DNA from: Paramoeba atlantica
Lineage: Eukaryota; Protista; Discosea
NCBI GenBank assembly: GCA_977017575.1
Contig: CDRNVI010000011.1
Coordinates: 186,001-250,000, forward strand
DNA: 64,000 bases
Direction of reading: 5' to 3'
Shown here: positions 19,781 through 31,100 of the stretch, piece after piece
How the letters are laid out: each line of letters starts with the position of its first letter
How positions within the stretch are numbered: the first letter of the stretch is position 1
Made by a program: the position numbers and the translations under genes
The notes under the pieces: model-generated
Database searches by the model: none
The model's input: the letters and a program-made list of their open reading frames with translations, nothing else
What the model was told of the DNA's origin: nothing

Positions 19781-22222
19781 ATGTCCAAAGTATTCGTACA
19801 TCAGGTTTCAAAGTTCATAGATACGATACGACGACCGTGGAAGTCGCATCTGGTATTATTTGGCAAACGTTTTCAACATGAAAACGCTATTACGTCCAGT
19901 ATATCTCCAACAGCAGATGCCTTAAAAAGGCATTTCGGTGCGGAGGATTCCACAATGAGCGACGCTTTGAATTCCGATATACCCTCCACAACATCGAGAA
20001 CAATTACACAGCAACGCACGTCTACAGAACATGAGATGGTGGTAGAAACACCTCTAATGGAAAACGCGGTGTTAGATCCTCGTAGTGACACTTCTATAGG
20101 GCCCCTGAAGGACTCGGAAGCACTGACGTGCGCCCTAACTCCACTTGACGTTCTGAAAGCGGAGGTACAGGCAGGTATACAGGACGAAGCCGCTCTGCAG
20201 AGGTCGCGACGGATGCAGATTCTGTATGATATCACTCATCCCAGACCTCAAGACTACACTTACAATGGTAGACTGGTCCCACCCCCACCGGTATCATTTG
20301 GCGTACTCACTGAAGAAAGCGCTCAGATTGCACACAAAATGATAGTAGAGCCCCAGTATCAGCTTGTGCATCAAAGTACAATGTTCGACTATCATTTCGA
20401 GATTAATGATCTCTATCTGGAGATCGCATTCACAGGAAGAGCTAACAGTGGTAAGAGCTCACTACTCAATGCTCTACTGAGCCAACCTCGCGCTTGTAAG
20501 AGTTCCACTACTCCAGGATCGACAAGACACATTAGCTATTATCAATCTGTGCACTCCGCGAGTTTGCAAAATTTTCAAATGCGACATCCAAATCGGCTTG
20601 TAAAGCTGCCAGGAGGTGGTTTACAGTTTACTTTTGTAGATCTGCCGGGCTGGGGTTTACAAGGAATGAAGCCGACTTGGTCAGAGCACGCACTTCAGTG
20701 TAACCAAAATTATCTTGGGACACGAAGATCGCTGAACACTGTAATTTTCTGCAAAGATGCCAGCGTAGAATGGAATTCTACTGATGAAAAATACTTCACT
20801 ATGATAAATAACAGCCACGGACGCTGTTTTGTGGTGCTTACAAAGTGTGACACAGTCGGACACAGTCTTTTGTGCAAGCGAATTCATGATTTCTATGTTA
20901 TGATTACTGCTAAAAAGAATTCTTACCGCGCATATCCTCTTATTATACCGACCAGCAGTCGAGGATGGGATCCTGAACGTCACCATGGAATTGATTTTTT
21001 ACGAAGACTCATTGTTGAAACCTCGGGAATGATACAGGGAAAACGAATGCGTTGGCTGGCTTATTCTGAGAGAGCCAGTAGAGCAAAATCGGGGATTCAG
21101 AACTCAAACGCCTCGCCTCTCTCAGTCACTGACCCGGATCGGAGGGTACAAAAGGAACCTTTTTTCATAAAATCTGGTTCAGATCTTATGAAATCCTCTT
21201 CACATCTATCCCTAAATTCGGATGAAGAGTGTGTTCTGGCGTGCAAAACTGTGCCTCACAAGGATAGAAACATAGGCAATGATTTATTATGCAAAGCCTT
21301 TGTAGAGGATTCAAGTAGAAAATCTGATGTGCTGACAAGTGATTTGGTTGTACTCAATTGCCACAATCATAGTGACGAACAGATGAAGAACCTTGATCTT
21401 TTCAGGGAGGCGAGAATGGGAACTCGGGATGATCACTCAGGAAGTCGAGAAATCGCTTCACCAGAGAAGAATTGTTCGGTGAAAATGGCCATAGATACCC
21501 CCTATGGTAAAGTACGCGCAGGATTCGGAGGGAGTAATAACTCCTCAAAAGACATTACATCTTCAACATCTGATTTACAAGACCCCAGCGCCCATGTACC
21601 GTTTCCATCGCCTTTGCCGAAAAATGCGTCAGAAGAGAAAGATGGTTCGGTGAGGAAGAAGCCGAAAAAAGTAGAACGACGGGAAGTGCTTATGCAATCC
21701 ATGAACAAGCTTGTCAGAAGTGAGGTACAAGCAAAACGCCATGGTTCGGGTGCCATTGCCGAAGGAGATTTAGACGGAAGTATACGAGGATACTATCTTG
21801 CAGGCACAGACGTTAAAACTTTGGGATGGAGAGACGTTAAAACAATCAATGCTTGTTATAGGCAAGGTATAGAAAAGAAGGAAATCGATGCTGTATTGAA
21901 GCAACATTCACCTGACAGAAAAGTTAAACTTCGAGAAATGACACAAAAACAGCAACAAGCATATGCAAAATTTTCTGGCACTACCTTGCAAGGAAAACAG
22001 TGGGATCAGTATGTTTCTGTTCATCGTTCACATGGGTATTGTCCTGTAACAAAAAGAAAACTTTCTCGTTCTGAATCTTTGGCACTCAATAAAAAGTACG
22101 GAAGCGATCCGGATCCGCACGTAGATGGAAGACTTCGGAGATATGCACATCCTCCTGGTTTATTTCGCGATTATGGAAAGACGCACGAAGCATCAACGTT
22201 TTCTAATGTCATTGGTGTTTGA
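19781..22222 (+). CDS. EngB/YihA(YsxC)-family GTPase with long extensions, probably a mitochondrial ribosome assembly factor
   Basis: IAFTGRANSGKSSLLNAL (G1), TPGSTR (G2), FVDLPGWG (G3) and VLTKCD (G4). First ATG at 19781. Confidence 0.85.
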   Translation: MSKVFVHQVSKFIDTIRRPWKSHLVLFGKRFQHENAITSSISPTADALKRHFGAEDSTMSDALNSDIPSTTSRTITQQRTSTEHEMVVETPLMENAVLDPRSDTSIGPLKDSEALTCALTPLDVLKAEVQAGIQDEAALQRSRRMQILYDITHPRPQDYTYNGRLVPPPPVSFGVLTEESAQIAHKMIVEPQYQLVHQSTMFDYHFEINDLYLEIAFTGRANSGKSSLLNALLSQPRACKSSTTPGSTRHISYYQSVHSASLQNFQMRHPNRLVKLPGGGLQFTFVDLPGWGLQGMKPTWSEHALQCNQNYLGTRRSLNTVIFCKDASVEWNSTDEKYFTMINNSHGRCFVVLTKCDTVGHSLLCKRIHDFYVMITAKKNSYRAYPLIIPTSSRGWDPERHHGIDFLRRLIVETSGMIQGKRMRWLAYSERASRAKSGIQNSNASPLSVTDPDRRVQKEPFFIKSGSDLMKSSSHLSLNSDEECVLACKTVPHKDRNIGNDLLCKAFVEDSSRKSDVLTSDLVVLNCHNHSDEQMKNLDLFREARMGTRDDHSGSREIASPEKNCSVKMAIDTPYGKVRAGFGGSNNSSKDITSSTSDLQDPSAHVPFPSPLPKNASEEKDGSVRKKPKKVERREVLMQSMNKLVRSEVQAKRHGSGAIAEGDLDGSIRGYYLAGTDVKTLGWRDVKTINACYRQGIEKKEIDAVLKQHSPDRKVKLREMTQKQQQAYAKFSGTTLQGKQWDQYVSVHRSHGYCPVTKRKLSRSESLALNKKYGSDPDPHVDGRLRRYAHPPGLFRDYGKTHEASTFSNVIGV

Positions 22223-22506
22223 TTCCTGTACAGCCCAAGACAGTTTGGGCCAAGATTATTTTGGCAACGAATTTCTTGACATGACAAATTTTCCTTGGAT
22301 ATACATTTCCTTGGATAGTCTTCAGAAAATTACTGTATCATCTTCCAAAACTTGAAAGATCATTTCCCGTGAACGGTGGATACATACTTCTACTACTAGG
22401 AAACTATTTTTACTACAACATTGTTTTAGTTATTAGATGGTTCGATTTTACATTTAACTTTATGAATGAATGAAACTTCTTGTGGTTTTTGATCAGCTGT
22501 TATGAA

Positions 22507-23472
22507 ATGAGCTTACCTGGGTATGGATCGCAGAAACCTGTGTACTTCAAGCATGACACGGACTACTTAGGGGTGAGTGGTTTAAATGAGATTTCAAACA
22601 ACATTCTATTGAGTTTGCTTGTGCGGTTCGTGTTGAACGTACCCGTGGAAGATCGTTCTTCTTGGCCACGCTTGCTCTACCACGTGCAGGAAGCATATTA
22701 TTATTACTGTGATGGCAGCGCTGACGCTTTCAACGAAGCTTCAAGCGAAGTTGATGTTAGTGCAGGCGAAACATCGGTAACTCTTCAGAAATCATGTCCT
22801 CCGCAGTTAGGTAGTACAAGTGTAGAAACATTACACTCACAGGTTCCATTCCCGTATTTTGCTCGCTCTCTTTTGGGATTGTTGCCCACGATATCGACGG
22901 ATCATATAACGTACGGATTATCTCAATTTTTGAAATACAACCAATCCATCACGGTATGTGGAGTTGTTCTGCTGGACCGTAGCAAAACTCATGTTCTTAC
23001 CGTATGCGCCCATGCGTCCTCTCCTTGGGTGTTTCCGAAGGGAAAGAGGGCAGCGGGGGAGACAGAGTACTTATGTGCCTTACGTGAGGCGAAGGAGGAG
23101 ATTGGATCTGACGTGTCGGGATTTCTTTCAAAGTCACCTCTCGTTCGACGCAGCAGTAGACAGGGACGGGCGCCTGTTGTCTTATTCGGTGGTGTGGGGC
23201 CCTGGGACTCATCGACTATAGCACTCTTTTATCCACAATGCATTGGTGAAATTCATGAAATCAAATGGCAGTCAATAAATAAAATTAAGCAGGCATATGT
23301 AAAGTTGGTGAGAAATATGCGAAACGAAAGACTAGGGTTAGCTTCTGATTCGACCAAGGATTCTGGTACTTTGGATTCTTCTGAGACTACAAGTTCTCGA
23401 TTGGATTGGATAGTTTCGTATTATCCAACAATATCGGCTCTTGTCGCTGCGGAAAAGGATAAAAAGATGTGA
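22507..23472 (+). CDS. DCP2: mRNA decapping enzyme Dcp2 (Box A + Nudix)
   Basis: RFVLNVP.E.....RL..HVQEAYYYYCD resembles Dcp2 Box A. WVFPKGKRAAGETEYLCALREAKEEIG is an intact Nudix box GX5EX7REUXEEXG. Confidence 0.8.
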   Translation: MSLPGYGSQKPVYFKHDTDYLGVSGLNEISNNILLSLLVRFVLNVPVEDRSSWPRLLYHVQEAYYYYCDGSADAFNEASSEVDVSAGETSVTLQKSCPPQLGSTSVETLHSQVPFPYFARSLLGLLPTISTDHITYGLSQFLKYNQSITVCGVVLLDRSKTHVLTVCAHASSPWVFPKGKRAAGETEYLCALREAKEEIGSDVSGFLSKSPLVRRSSRQGRAPVVLFGGVGPWDSSTIALFYPQCIGEIHEIKWQSINKIKQAYVKLVRNMRNERLGLASDSTKDSGTLDSSETTSSRLDWIVSYYPTISALVAAEKDKKM

Positions 23473-23750
23473 CGCTTAATCTGTACTTGTACTACAGTAT
23501 TCTTACCTGCGTCTTTGTAGAGTTCCTTTAGCTTGTGGACAAACGTCTGAAAGAAAAGATTTTTATATTTGGTACACAAAGTGTTGAGTCTCTAATGATA
23601 TTGGTCTCTTAATTGATTCGATAATGCGTGGTGCATTCTATTATAGTGAATACATTCAAATTCGTGACCATAGCTCTTAAGAAAAGTCAGATTTTTTTAA
23701 TCCAGAGTTTATTCCCCAGTACGTTCGGTAATTTAACTTTTAACTAGAAA

Positions 23751-25427
23751 ATGAAACTCGACGACAACGCTTCGCATTCCGACTCTTTGGCTAGCGAAGT
23801 TGAGCATCTTGTGTCAGAGTTAGACGAAGTAAGGTATGACCCATATCTCTTCCATGCATTACTAAACCACTCAGGTCACGTCATAACACGTGTGCATCTT
23901 GAGGGGTTTGATCGGCATACGAAACATCATTTCGTACAGAACTCTGTCAGAGGTTTAGAAAATGCGACGAGCATTCCAGAAATTATGCTGCGATGCGAGG
24001 AACTTAGAGAAAGGTTTATGGAGACGGGTCTGTTTAAAGATATTGATTCACGAGTGGAGCCCGCGCAGGAAGGGGGAAACTATGTAGTGGTTCGGCTCAT
24101 TGCGTCCGAATCGGCTGGCAGAAAGCAAGCAGGCATTTCTACGGACCTTACGGGTAGTCCAGAGATCAAGATTTCTGCTGCAAACATTATGAGTTCACCC
24201 TACACTGTTGTCTTTGAGTACCTTCCTACGAATCTCACTCGTAGTGTTTCAGCTCTAACAGGAAAATTACAGTCATATGACTCATGGTTAGGAAGGTTTG
24301 CGGAGTACAGCATTAGTCAAGGCTCTCACGATCACGGTAGGCTTCATGCACTGGACAACGAAGTCCGTGCGGAGGCCAAAACATCAGTACACTTTGGTCC
24401 CAACCGAAACCGATCCATTTTGTCTCTTAGTGCGACTCATTCCTCTCTGAACTGCACCTCAAAGTCCCGCTCTGTGCCTCACGAACTTGCCCCCTACAAA
24501 GATACCCTGCGCACGCGACTGGCTGCAAGATACGAATGGGCAGTGTCTACGCTCCTATCTCATTCGACTCCCCACCTTCGTAAGCTGTACGCTCACCCCG
24601 TTCAGGGACACGATTTTCGAATACGGTGTGAGCTAGCTGGTGGGTTGCCTACTTCAGAGAGCGCCAAACGGACGACAGACAGCTCTGGGCTGACAACGAT
24701 GAATAAGCGCATACGACAATGTCTATCCCTTGGTGGCACGCTCACCGACCTTCGTCTTGACTCATGGTGTTCAAAGCATTTTCTGATTCACCCGCTTGTG
24801 ACCGCCGGGGTTTGGCTACGAACTGGTATGATTTTTCCACTTGGGGAGGAGTCACCCTCTCACAAAACAAAGAGCCGGGGATGTGACATTCACCTCCTTG
24901 ATCGTTACTTCATGGACGGGACCTACGTGCGGGGGTACAAGTTTATAGGCCCTCACCGCTTTACGAATTCGAAGCATTTTTCCGTCCCGATTGATAGCAC
25001 AATACGAAATACGGAATTTACCTCCAAGACACTCGATCAGCTGGGAGGTACATTGCTCGTTGCCCTCAGCTCGTGTGTAAGTTTTCCTCTTCCTCTCTCA
25101 GGAGGTTTGTTTGCCGGTCATGTGTTTGCGAATGCCGGAACGGTACAATACATACCAGATAGTATGCGATCTCTTTTTCATCCGCGTCATGGAAGTCAAA
25201 TTCGTAGAGACATTTTTTCGGCTGAAAATTGGTACGCATCTATCGGAGCTGGTCTTCTTTTAAACGAAATACCGGTTATCGGATCCTTAACATTCGGAAG
25301 GCTAGAGATAAATTTTTCAATCCCTTTCCAATTGAGGAATTCTCAACACCGTGGAATCGTATGGAAACCAAATTCTTACGTTTTTGATCGGTTTAGATTT
25401 GGATTGAATTGGGTGTATCAGGATTAG
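23751..25427 (+). CDS. SAM50: Mitochondrial outer-membrane SAM50/Tob55 (Omp85 family)
   Basis: N-terminal POTRA-like region, then RYFMDG..VRGY, LGG..L, HVFANAG, SIGAGL, GRLEINF and a terminal F.FG beta-signal. Confidence 0.85.
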   Translation: MKLDDNASHSDSLASEVEHLVSELDEVRYDPYLFHALLNHSGHVITRVHLEGFDRHTKHHFVQNSVRGLENATSIPEIMLRCEELRERFMETGLFKDIDSRVEPAQEGGNYVVVRLIASESAGRKQAGISTDLTGSPEIKISAANIMSSPYTVVFEYLPTNLTRSVSALTGKLQSYDSWLGRFAEYSISQGSHDHGRLHALDNEVRAEAKTSVHFGPNRNRSILSLSATHSSLNCTSKSRSVPHELAPYKDTLRTRLAARYEWAVSTLLSHSTPHLRKLYAHPVQGHDFRIRCELAGGLPTSESAKRTTDSSGLTTMNKRIRQCLSLGGTLTDLRLDSWCSKHFLIHPLVTAGVWLRTGMIFPLGEESPSHKTKSRGCDIHLLDRYFMDGTYVRGYKFIGPHRFTNSKHFSVPIDSTIRNTEFTSKTLDQLGGTLLVALSSCVSFPLPLSGGLFAGHVFANAGTVQYIPDSMRSLFHPRHGSQIRRDIFSAENWYASIGAGLLLNEIPVIGSLTFGRLEINFSIPFQLRNSQHRGIVWKPNSYVFDRFRFGLNWVYQD

Positions 25428-25817
25428 TTCTTTGCGTTTTTCTAGGAGATACTCCGGAGAGTGTGCTCACGTTTATCTACAGGTCATTGATTTTTAAGTA
25501 TTTCCTCTATTAAAATTTTCTCGCGTGATGCACTCATTCATAGAACATGTATACATGTTCATCTGTATATCAGACAATTTTAAAAGATAATATTTAAGAG
25601 GGGGTAAATTCTGAACTACAACGTTTATAAACGTTGTTACGCACTCGTCGGGATAAAACGAATATATCTGTGTGCAAATATGCGGATGTAACTTGTCTTT
25701 TATAACGTATTTTTTAGAGTACAATACCGTGCATAAATATTGTACACTACATTTTCGGAAACAGACACATAACAAACTCGTTAATATCAAACGCTGAATT
25801 TTTAAATCTACAATCCA

Positions 25818-26306
25818 ATGAATACAAATCCTTCTCTTCATTTCAAGAGAATGATTATCGGGAGCGATCATGCTGCCGTCAAAGAAAAAGAAGAACTAAA
25901 AACTTTGCTATCGTCGCTTGGGATGGTGGATATCATTGATGTTGGCACACATGATGCTTCACGGGTGGACTATCCCGATGTGGCTCACAAACTATGCGGA
26001 CAACTCACGCAGGAGTGGTCAGCGAAAGGTCCCATTGCTGGAATTCTTCTCTGTGGAAGTGGAATTGGTATGTCAATCGCTGCGAACAAATATCGGGTTG
26101 ATCCGAAACTAGGTGCTTCAATACGTGCAGCACTTTGCCATAATGAGTACACTGCGCGCATGTGTCGGCAGCACAATGACTGCAATGTGCTATGTCTTGG
26201 GACACGAGTGCTTGGGATGGAAGTGATTAAATGCATTGTGGAAACTTTTGTAACAACGGCGTTTGAGGGAGGGAGACATGCTGAACGTCTTGCGAAGCTT
26301 CAATAA
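25818..26306 (+). CDS. RPIB: Ribose-5-phosphate isomerase B
   Basis: IGSDHA, VDYPD, GILLCGSGIGMSIAANK, IRAALC, HNDCNVLCLG and FEGGRHAERL motifs. Confidence 0.95.
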   Translation: MNTNPSLHFKRMIIGSDHAAVKEKEELKTLLSSLGMVDIIDVGTHDASRVDYPDVAHKLCGQLTQEWSAKGPIAGILLCGSGIGMSIAANKYRVDPKLGASIRAALCHNEYTARMCRQHNDCNVLCLGTRVLGMEVIKCIVETFVTTAFEGGRHAERLAKLQ

Positions 26307-26659
26307 TAATATCTGCATCCTTGTACATTTCGATCAACATTGTAGACAGTTTACTAACGCCGACGTGGGCTTCTATTTTGAGCACTTGAGCGACAACGCA
26401 CCTCGCGAATAGCGTGTACACGTGTATGTACTACGCGCATAAGATTGTACTGTACACTATGATTGATGAGCAGTTTTCAATGATCTTCCGGTTGGGCGGA
26501 AAATTGCCTGATTTGTATTGTTGTATTTCTCTACTTGTTCTTTAAGCCTTCTACTTTGTTTTATTCGATGTTCGTTTTTCGGCAACCTACAAATTTTAAA
26601 TGCTACTCTAGCAATCTTTGTTGTCTGCTTTCTTGTAGCATCTACATAACCTTGTATTT

Positions 26660-27880
26660 ATGAAGGTTCAAGAACGGTATGCTCCCCCCTCTGCTAGTGC
26701 TGAAGTCGGTCACAAGTCGGAATCAAGCACATCACACCTACTACAACAATCACTTTCTTTTAGTGACCGTTCTCTTTTTCGCTATTACTTGATAGCGTCG
26801 CTGCTCAGCAACAAATCAATCAATTTGAAGCTACCAACACGAATACAGACACATGAGGCAAATTTCTTACATTTTCTGTCACGACTCACGAGTGGGACCA
26901 AATTTGAGGTGTCACCGGACGGGCGCTCCGTAGCTATGCGCCCTGGCGTAGTTGAGGGTGGAACTTTAACACACACCTGTTGTGGGACACGTGGCCTTGG
27001 CTACTGGGTTGAGGCCGCCTGTATTCTCTGTCCCTTCGCAAAATCCAGCACTGAAATTACCCTGACCTCTGTTGTCACAAACCACAGTCTGGATCTTGGC
27101 ATTGACGTCCTCCGCACGGTTACACTCCCACTCCTTCGGAAATTTGGTGTGGAGTGTTCCCTCAAACTTATTCAGCGCAGTATTCTTTATAACGAGACGA
27201 ACCCTACGCCGAGCCGTGACTCCACGGCCTCTGAAACCGAGTCCAGAGGGAAAGTCGTGCTCACCATCCAAAACGTTCGTTTCCTTCACCACATTCAACT
27301 CACTCACCGAGGAAAGGTCAAAAAGGTTCGAGGAATTGCCTACGGCCTGCGGGTCGCCCCGGATGTGTGCAACCGGATGGCGACGGGCGCCAAAGGACGG
27401 CTTCTCCCCCTTCTCTCGGATGTCTATGTCGTCACCGATGTGGGAAAAGGGGGGCAGACGTCGATGCAGGCCCCTTCTTCTTCCTCCTCTTCCGCCGGTT
27501 TCGGGATTTGTCTCGTCACGGAGTCCACGACGAAGGAGGCGACGTGTACGGCAGAGGTCGTCGCACAACGCGGACAGGTCGCGGAGGAGATAGCCACAGA
27601 ATGTGCGGATGAGCTGCTGGATCAAATCGCACGGGCGGGGTGTGTCGATGTGCATCATGTCGGGATGTGTGTGTTTCTCATGGTGCTGTCCCAGAGTCTG
27701 CCGTCACAGGTGCGCGTGGGTGGGGAGATCTCACCGAGAACGAGAAGGGTGATGAATTCCGTTTTAAAGTCCTTTTTTGGGGTGGCTTTTTCGGTAGTCG
27801 AGGATACATCGGATGAGCGGAGTGCTATAATTACGTGTGTGGGAATTAAACTTTTGAACTCATCGAAGAGAAGTTCTTGA
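26660..27880 (+). CDS. RCL1: RNA 3'-terminal phosphate cyclase-like protein
   Basis: FRYYLIASLLSNKSI, HEANFLHFL..LTSGT, PG...GG...H.C...RGLGYW.E..L.PFAK and GKVKKVRGIAY motifs. Confidence 0.9.
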   Translation: MKVQERYAPPSASAEVGHKSESSTSHLLQQSLSFSDRSLFRYYLIASLLSNKSINLKLPTRIQTHEANFLHFLSRLTSGTKFEVSPDGRSVAMRPGVVEGGTLTHTCCGTRGLGYWVEAACILCPFAKSSTEITLTSVVTNHSLDLGIDVLRTVTLPLLRKFGVECSLKLIQRSILYNETNPTPSRDSTASETESRGKVVLTIQNVRFLHHIQLTHRGKVKKVRGIAYGLRVAPDVCNRMATGAKGRLLPLLSDVYVVTDVGKGGQTSMQAPSSSSSSAGFGICLVTESTTKEATCTAEVVAQRGQVAEEIATECADELLDQIARAGCVDVHHVGMCVFLMVLSQSLPSQVRVGGEISPRTRRVMNSVLKSFFGVAFSVVEDTSDERSAIITCVGIKLLNSSKRSS

Positions 27881-28129
27881 GGATCATCCTTTTCAAGAAT
27901 TGCTCAATTCGATATTATTTTTGTGTTAGTGTGTTCTGCTCTTAAAAATTGTTGAATTTCTGAGTATCCTCAAAAATTTGAGGTATCCTTACTTTCTACA
28001 GTTAGATATCCATACTGGCACAAATTACAGGTTCTATTCGCCGTCCTGATACATTGAGCGTATTTGTTTTCCGCGATTATATTCCTTATCCATCTTCCTT
28101 TAATTTATTGCCTTTCATGTTAATAACGA

Positions 28130-31100
28130 ATGGAGGTGCTGTTATACATGTACGATTTATCTCGTGGCACCGCCGCGTTGCTTAGCCAGTCCCTGATTGG
28201 GCATCACTTGGATGCGATCTGGCACACATCCATTGTTCTTGGGGGTATTGAATGCTATTTTGATGCGCACGAGGGGATTGTGCAAGGCCCTGCTGGAAAG
28301 ACTCGATTCGGGAAACCGCTTCGAATCCAAAGTTTGGGCATTACTACTCGATCTGTAGACGAATGGAACGTTTACGTACGGTGTCACACAATGTCACGAT
28401 TTCACAAAACAAAATATCACCTCCTGGAGAATAATTGTAACCACTACACTGAGGAAGCTACTTCTTATCTTGGCGTACAAAGTCTTCCAGCATGTGTCCG
28501 TGAAATGATGAATATTGTTCTTTCCACGCCATGGGTCCGAGCCTTTTTCGACTCGGCCAGTGCTTCGAACTCGTCTACAACCTCTGCAATAGGTAACATT
28601 AAAGTTGCTGAAGATACACATGACTGCAATAGTGTATTGAAAGAGGGAATTTCACCAATAGTATACGACGCAAACATGTTCATATCCAAAGTCAAGCAAA
28701 TTTTACAAGCGTCACCTGGGTCGCATGGCTTCATAATTGCAATGTCAGTTTGGCGGTCACTGGAAGGTTTTTTGGAGGAATTTCAAGATATAAATTACGG
28801 TGTTCTGCAAATTGGTAAGGAGTGGACGCACGTACAGAACGAGATTGTCGAAGCTTTGCTTTTGGTTGGCTTTACGAATGGACCAAATAACGAAAATACC
28901 TCTTGTTCACTTCGGTTTACGAAACTTGAAGGTACGCTGTCAATCCCAATGCTTATTTCCGCAGTCTCGGAAGAAATAATTCAAGAAGAACTAGAAGAAG
29001 CCTTGATGATTTCTGTCAGTGGCACCGTAAACGTGGACGCCAAAAATGATGTATCAGAAAGAACTTTACCAGAAAGCACTTTTGACATGGCTGTCGGAGG
29101 TCCAGTGAAAGCACGTTTGAAATTGAATGAAGCCCTGATATCAAAATCTTCGATAAACATCTTAAAACTTTCTATGAGCAGTGGAATCGATACTATGAAA
29201 GAGCTCATGGATTGGATTCCTCCTTCAGTTATTGCCAAGTCGCACGTCAAATTATTGCTTTCCACCCAGAGGACCTTAAAATGTTCCACTCATTCACAGG
29301 AAAGAGTTCTTGCTTCGAGTCGCACTCTCTTGTGTCACGATTGTCGTGGTGGCTACTTAGAATCCGACCGTTATCCTCAGGGTAAGGACATCACCTTATC
29401 TACAGAAAATCCTTTTCCCGGCTACTTATTTCGTCATTGGCAATGCATTGATACGTTTGTCTATTTTTCCCATCATCGCGTTACAATTCCCCCCGCTGTG
29501 TGGATCGATGTGGCTCACAGTAATTCAGTTCCTGTCTTGGGAACTTTCATAACCGAGTGGTCAGAAGGGGTTGATGAGTGCTCAAATTTCTTGAATAGCG
29601 AAGCAAACGTTGCTCATGTTGCAAGTCAATTGGCTAATATTGCGATGTATTACAACTTCGACGGATGGCTGGTGAACATAGAAAATCCTGTTTCTCCTAG
29701 AGGTGTAGAGCATCTCCTGCATTTTCTTTCCCTATTAACCGCAACTATGCATAGTTTGCATCCCGCAAGTCATGTTCTTTGGTACGACAGTGTCACAGTG
29801 CAAGGCAAATTACAATGGCAATCCTGTCTCAGTTCACTGAATAGTTCATTCTTTGAGCTTTGTGATGGCATTTTTACTGATTATCACTGGACGGAAGCTC
29901 ACTTGCAACACAGTATAAAAATGGCGGGAGAACTATCCCATAAAGTTTACGTGGGTATTGACATATTTTGTCGCAACTCCCCTCGTCAGAAGCCCTCAAT
30001 TGAACTCGTCGCAGAGTCTTATCGCGCGGTGACCGATACTAGATCCCTTTCGTCGGCACTTTTTGCGCCCGGTTGGACGTGGGAAACGAGTTCGGGGATG
30101 CAAATCAACTGTGATGGAAGTTCACAGGGAACCGGGTTTATTTCTCGCGACAATTTATTGTGGTCCACTTTGTTTCCTACACATGTAACACCTTGTATCA
30201 CAAGTCTTCCGTTTTCCACAAATTTCAACGCAGGATTCGGTATCCAAACTTGTCGTTTCGGCAGTCCTGTAGCTGAGGCACTCCCATGGCAGCATCTTTC
30301 ACAGCAAGAGTTGTGCCCTATAGGTGAAGACAAAAAAAATTCGGAAAAGGGGGCACCATACATAGAGTCACAACCCTGCATGAATCGAGCTTTTCATGGG
30401 GGGTGCAGTTGGGAGGGTAAATTGCACTATAACGATATCAGTTGTACTTTTTCAGAATCGGATTCCCCAAGGTTAGCAAAGACAACAATGTTTGGATGTT
30501 GCGTAAATTTGAAAAACTGTAAATGTAACAGTAGTGAAAGTGGTAATCTTATTGTTGAGGTCGTTTTTCATAAACCAACAACTTTAGCGTCTAATTGCGC
30601 TCTTTCGTTGGTTGTGCGTACTGATTGCGCAACACTGGTACAAGCAGACGAAACGCGTATTCCGGATGAAAGTTGCGTAACCGAATTGCTTTTTCCTTTC
30701 TCAGAGGACGCGAGATTTCATAATCACAAGGATTTACGGGAGTGTGAAGTTCATCTTCCGAGTACGATTGCGTCTAAATCCGTCTCTTGTGCTGACTATT
30801 TGTCATCGGAGTGGGATGTTTTGAACTTTTCTGTACCCATCAGTCACATAGTATCTGAGGGACATACTGTTCTAGACGGTATTAGCCTCGTGCTTATGGA
30901 ATCGTTCCCCCTTTCTACAAAGAATTCGCATGATTTCATAGAAATAGAAAAGGCCGCAGTAACCTTGGGTAGGCTTGCCCTTTGGATAGATGAGACAGGT
31001 GGCGCTAAAGAAGGCATATCATCTCCTAGTTATGAAACGACGGGTTTTTCGAAATCTCTGGTTAGGCACAATTCTTTGCGAAAGCCCGTTCTGAATTTAA

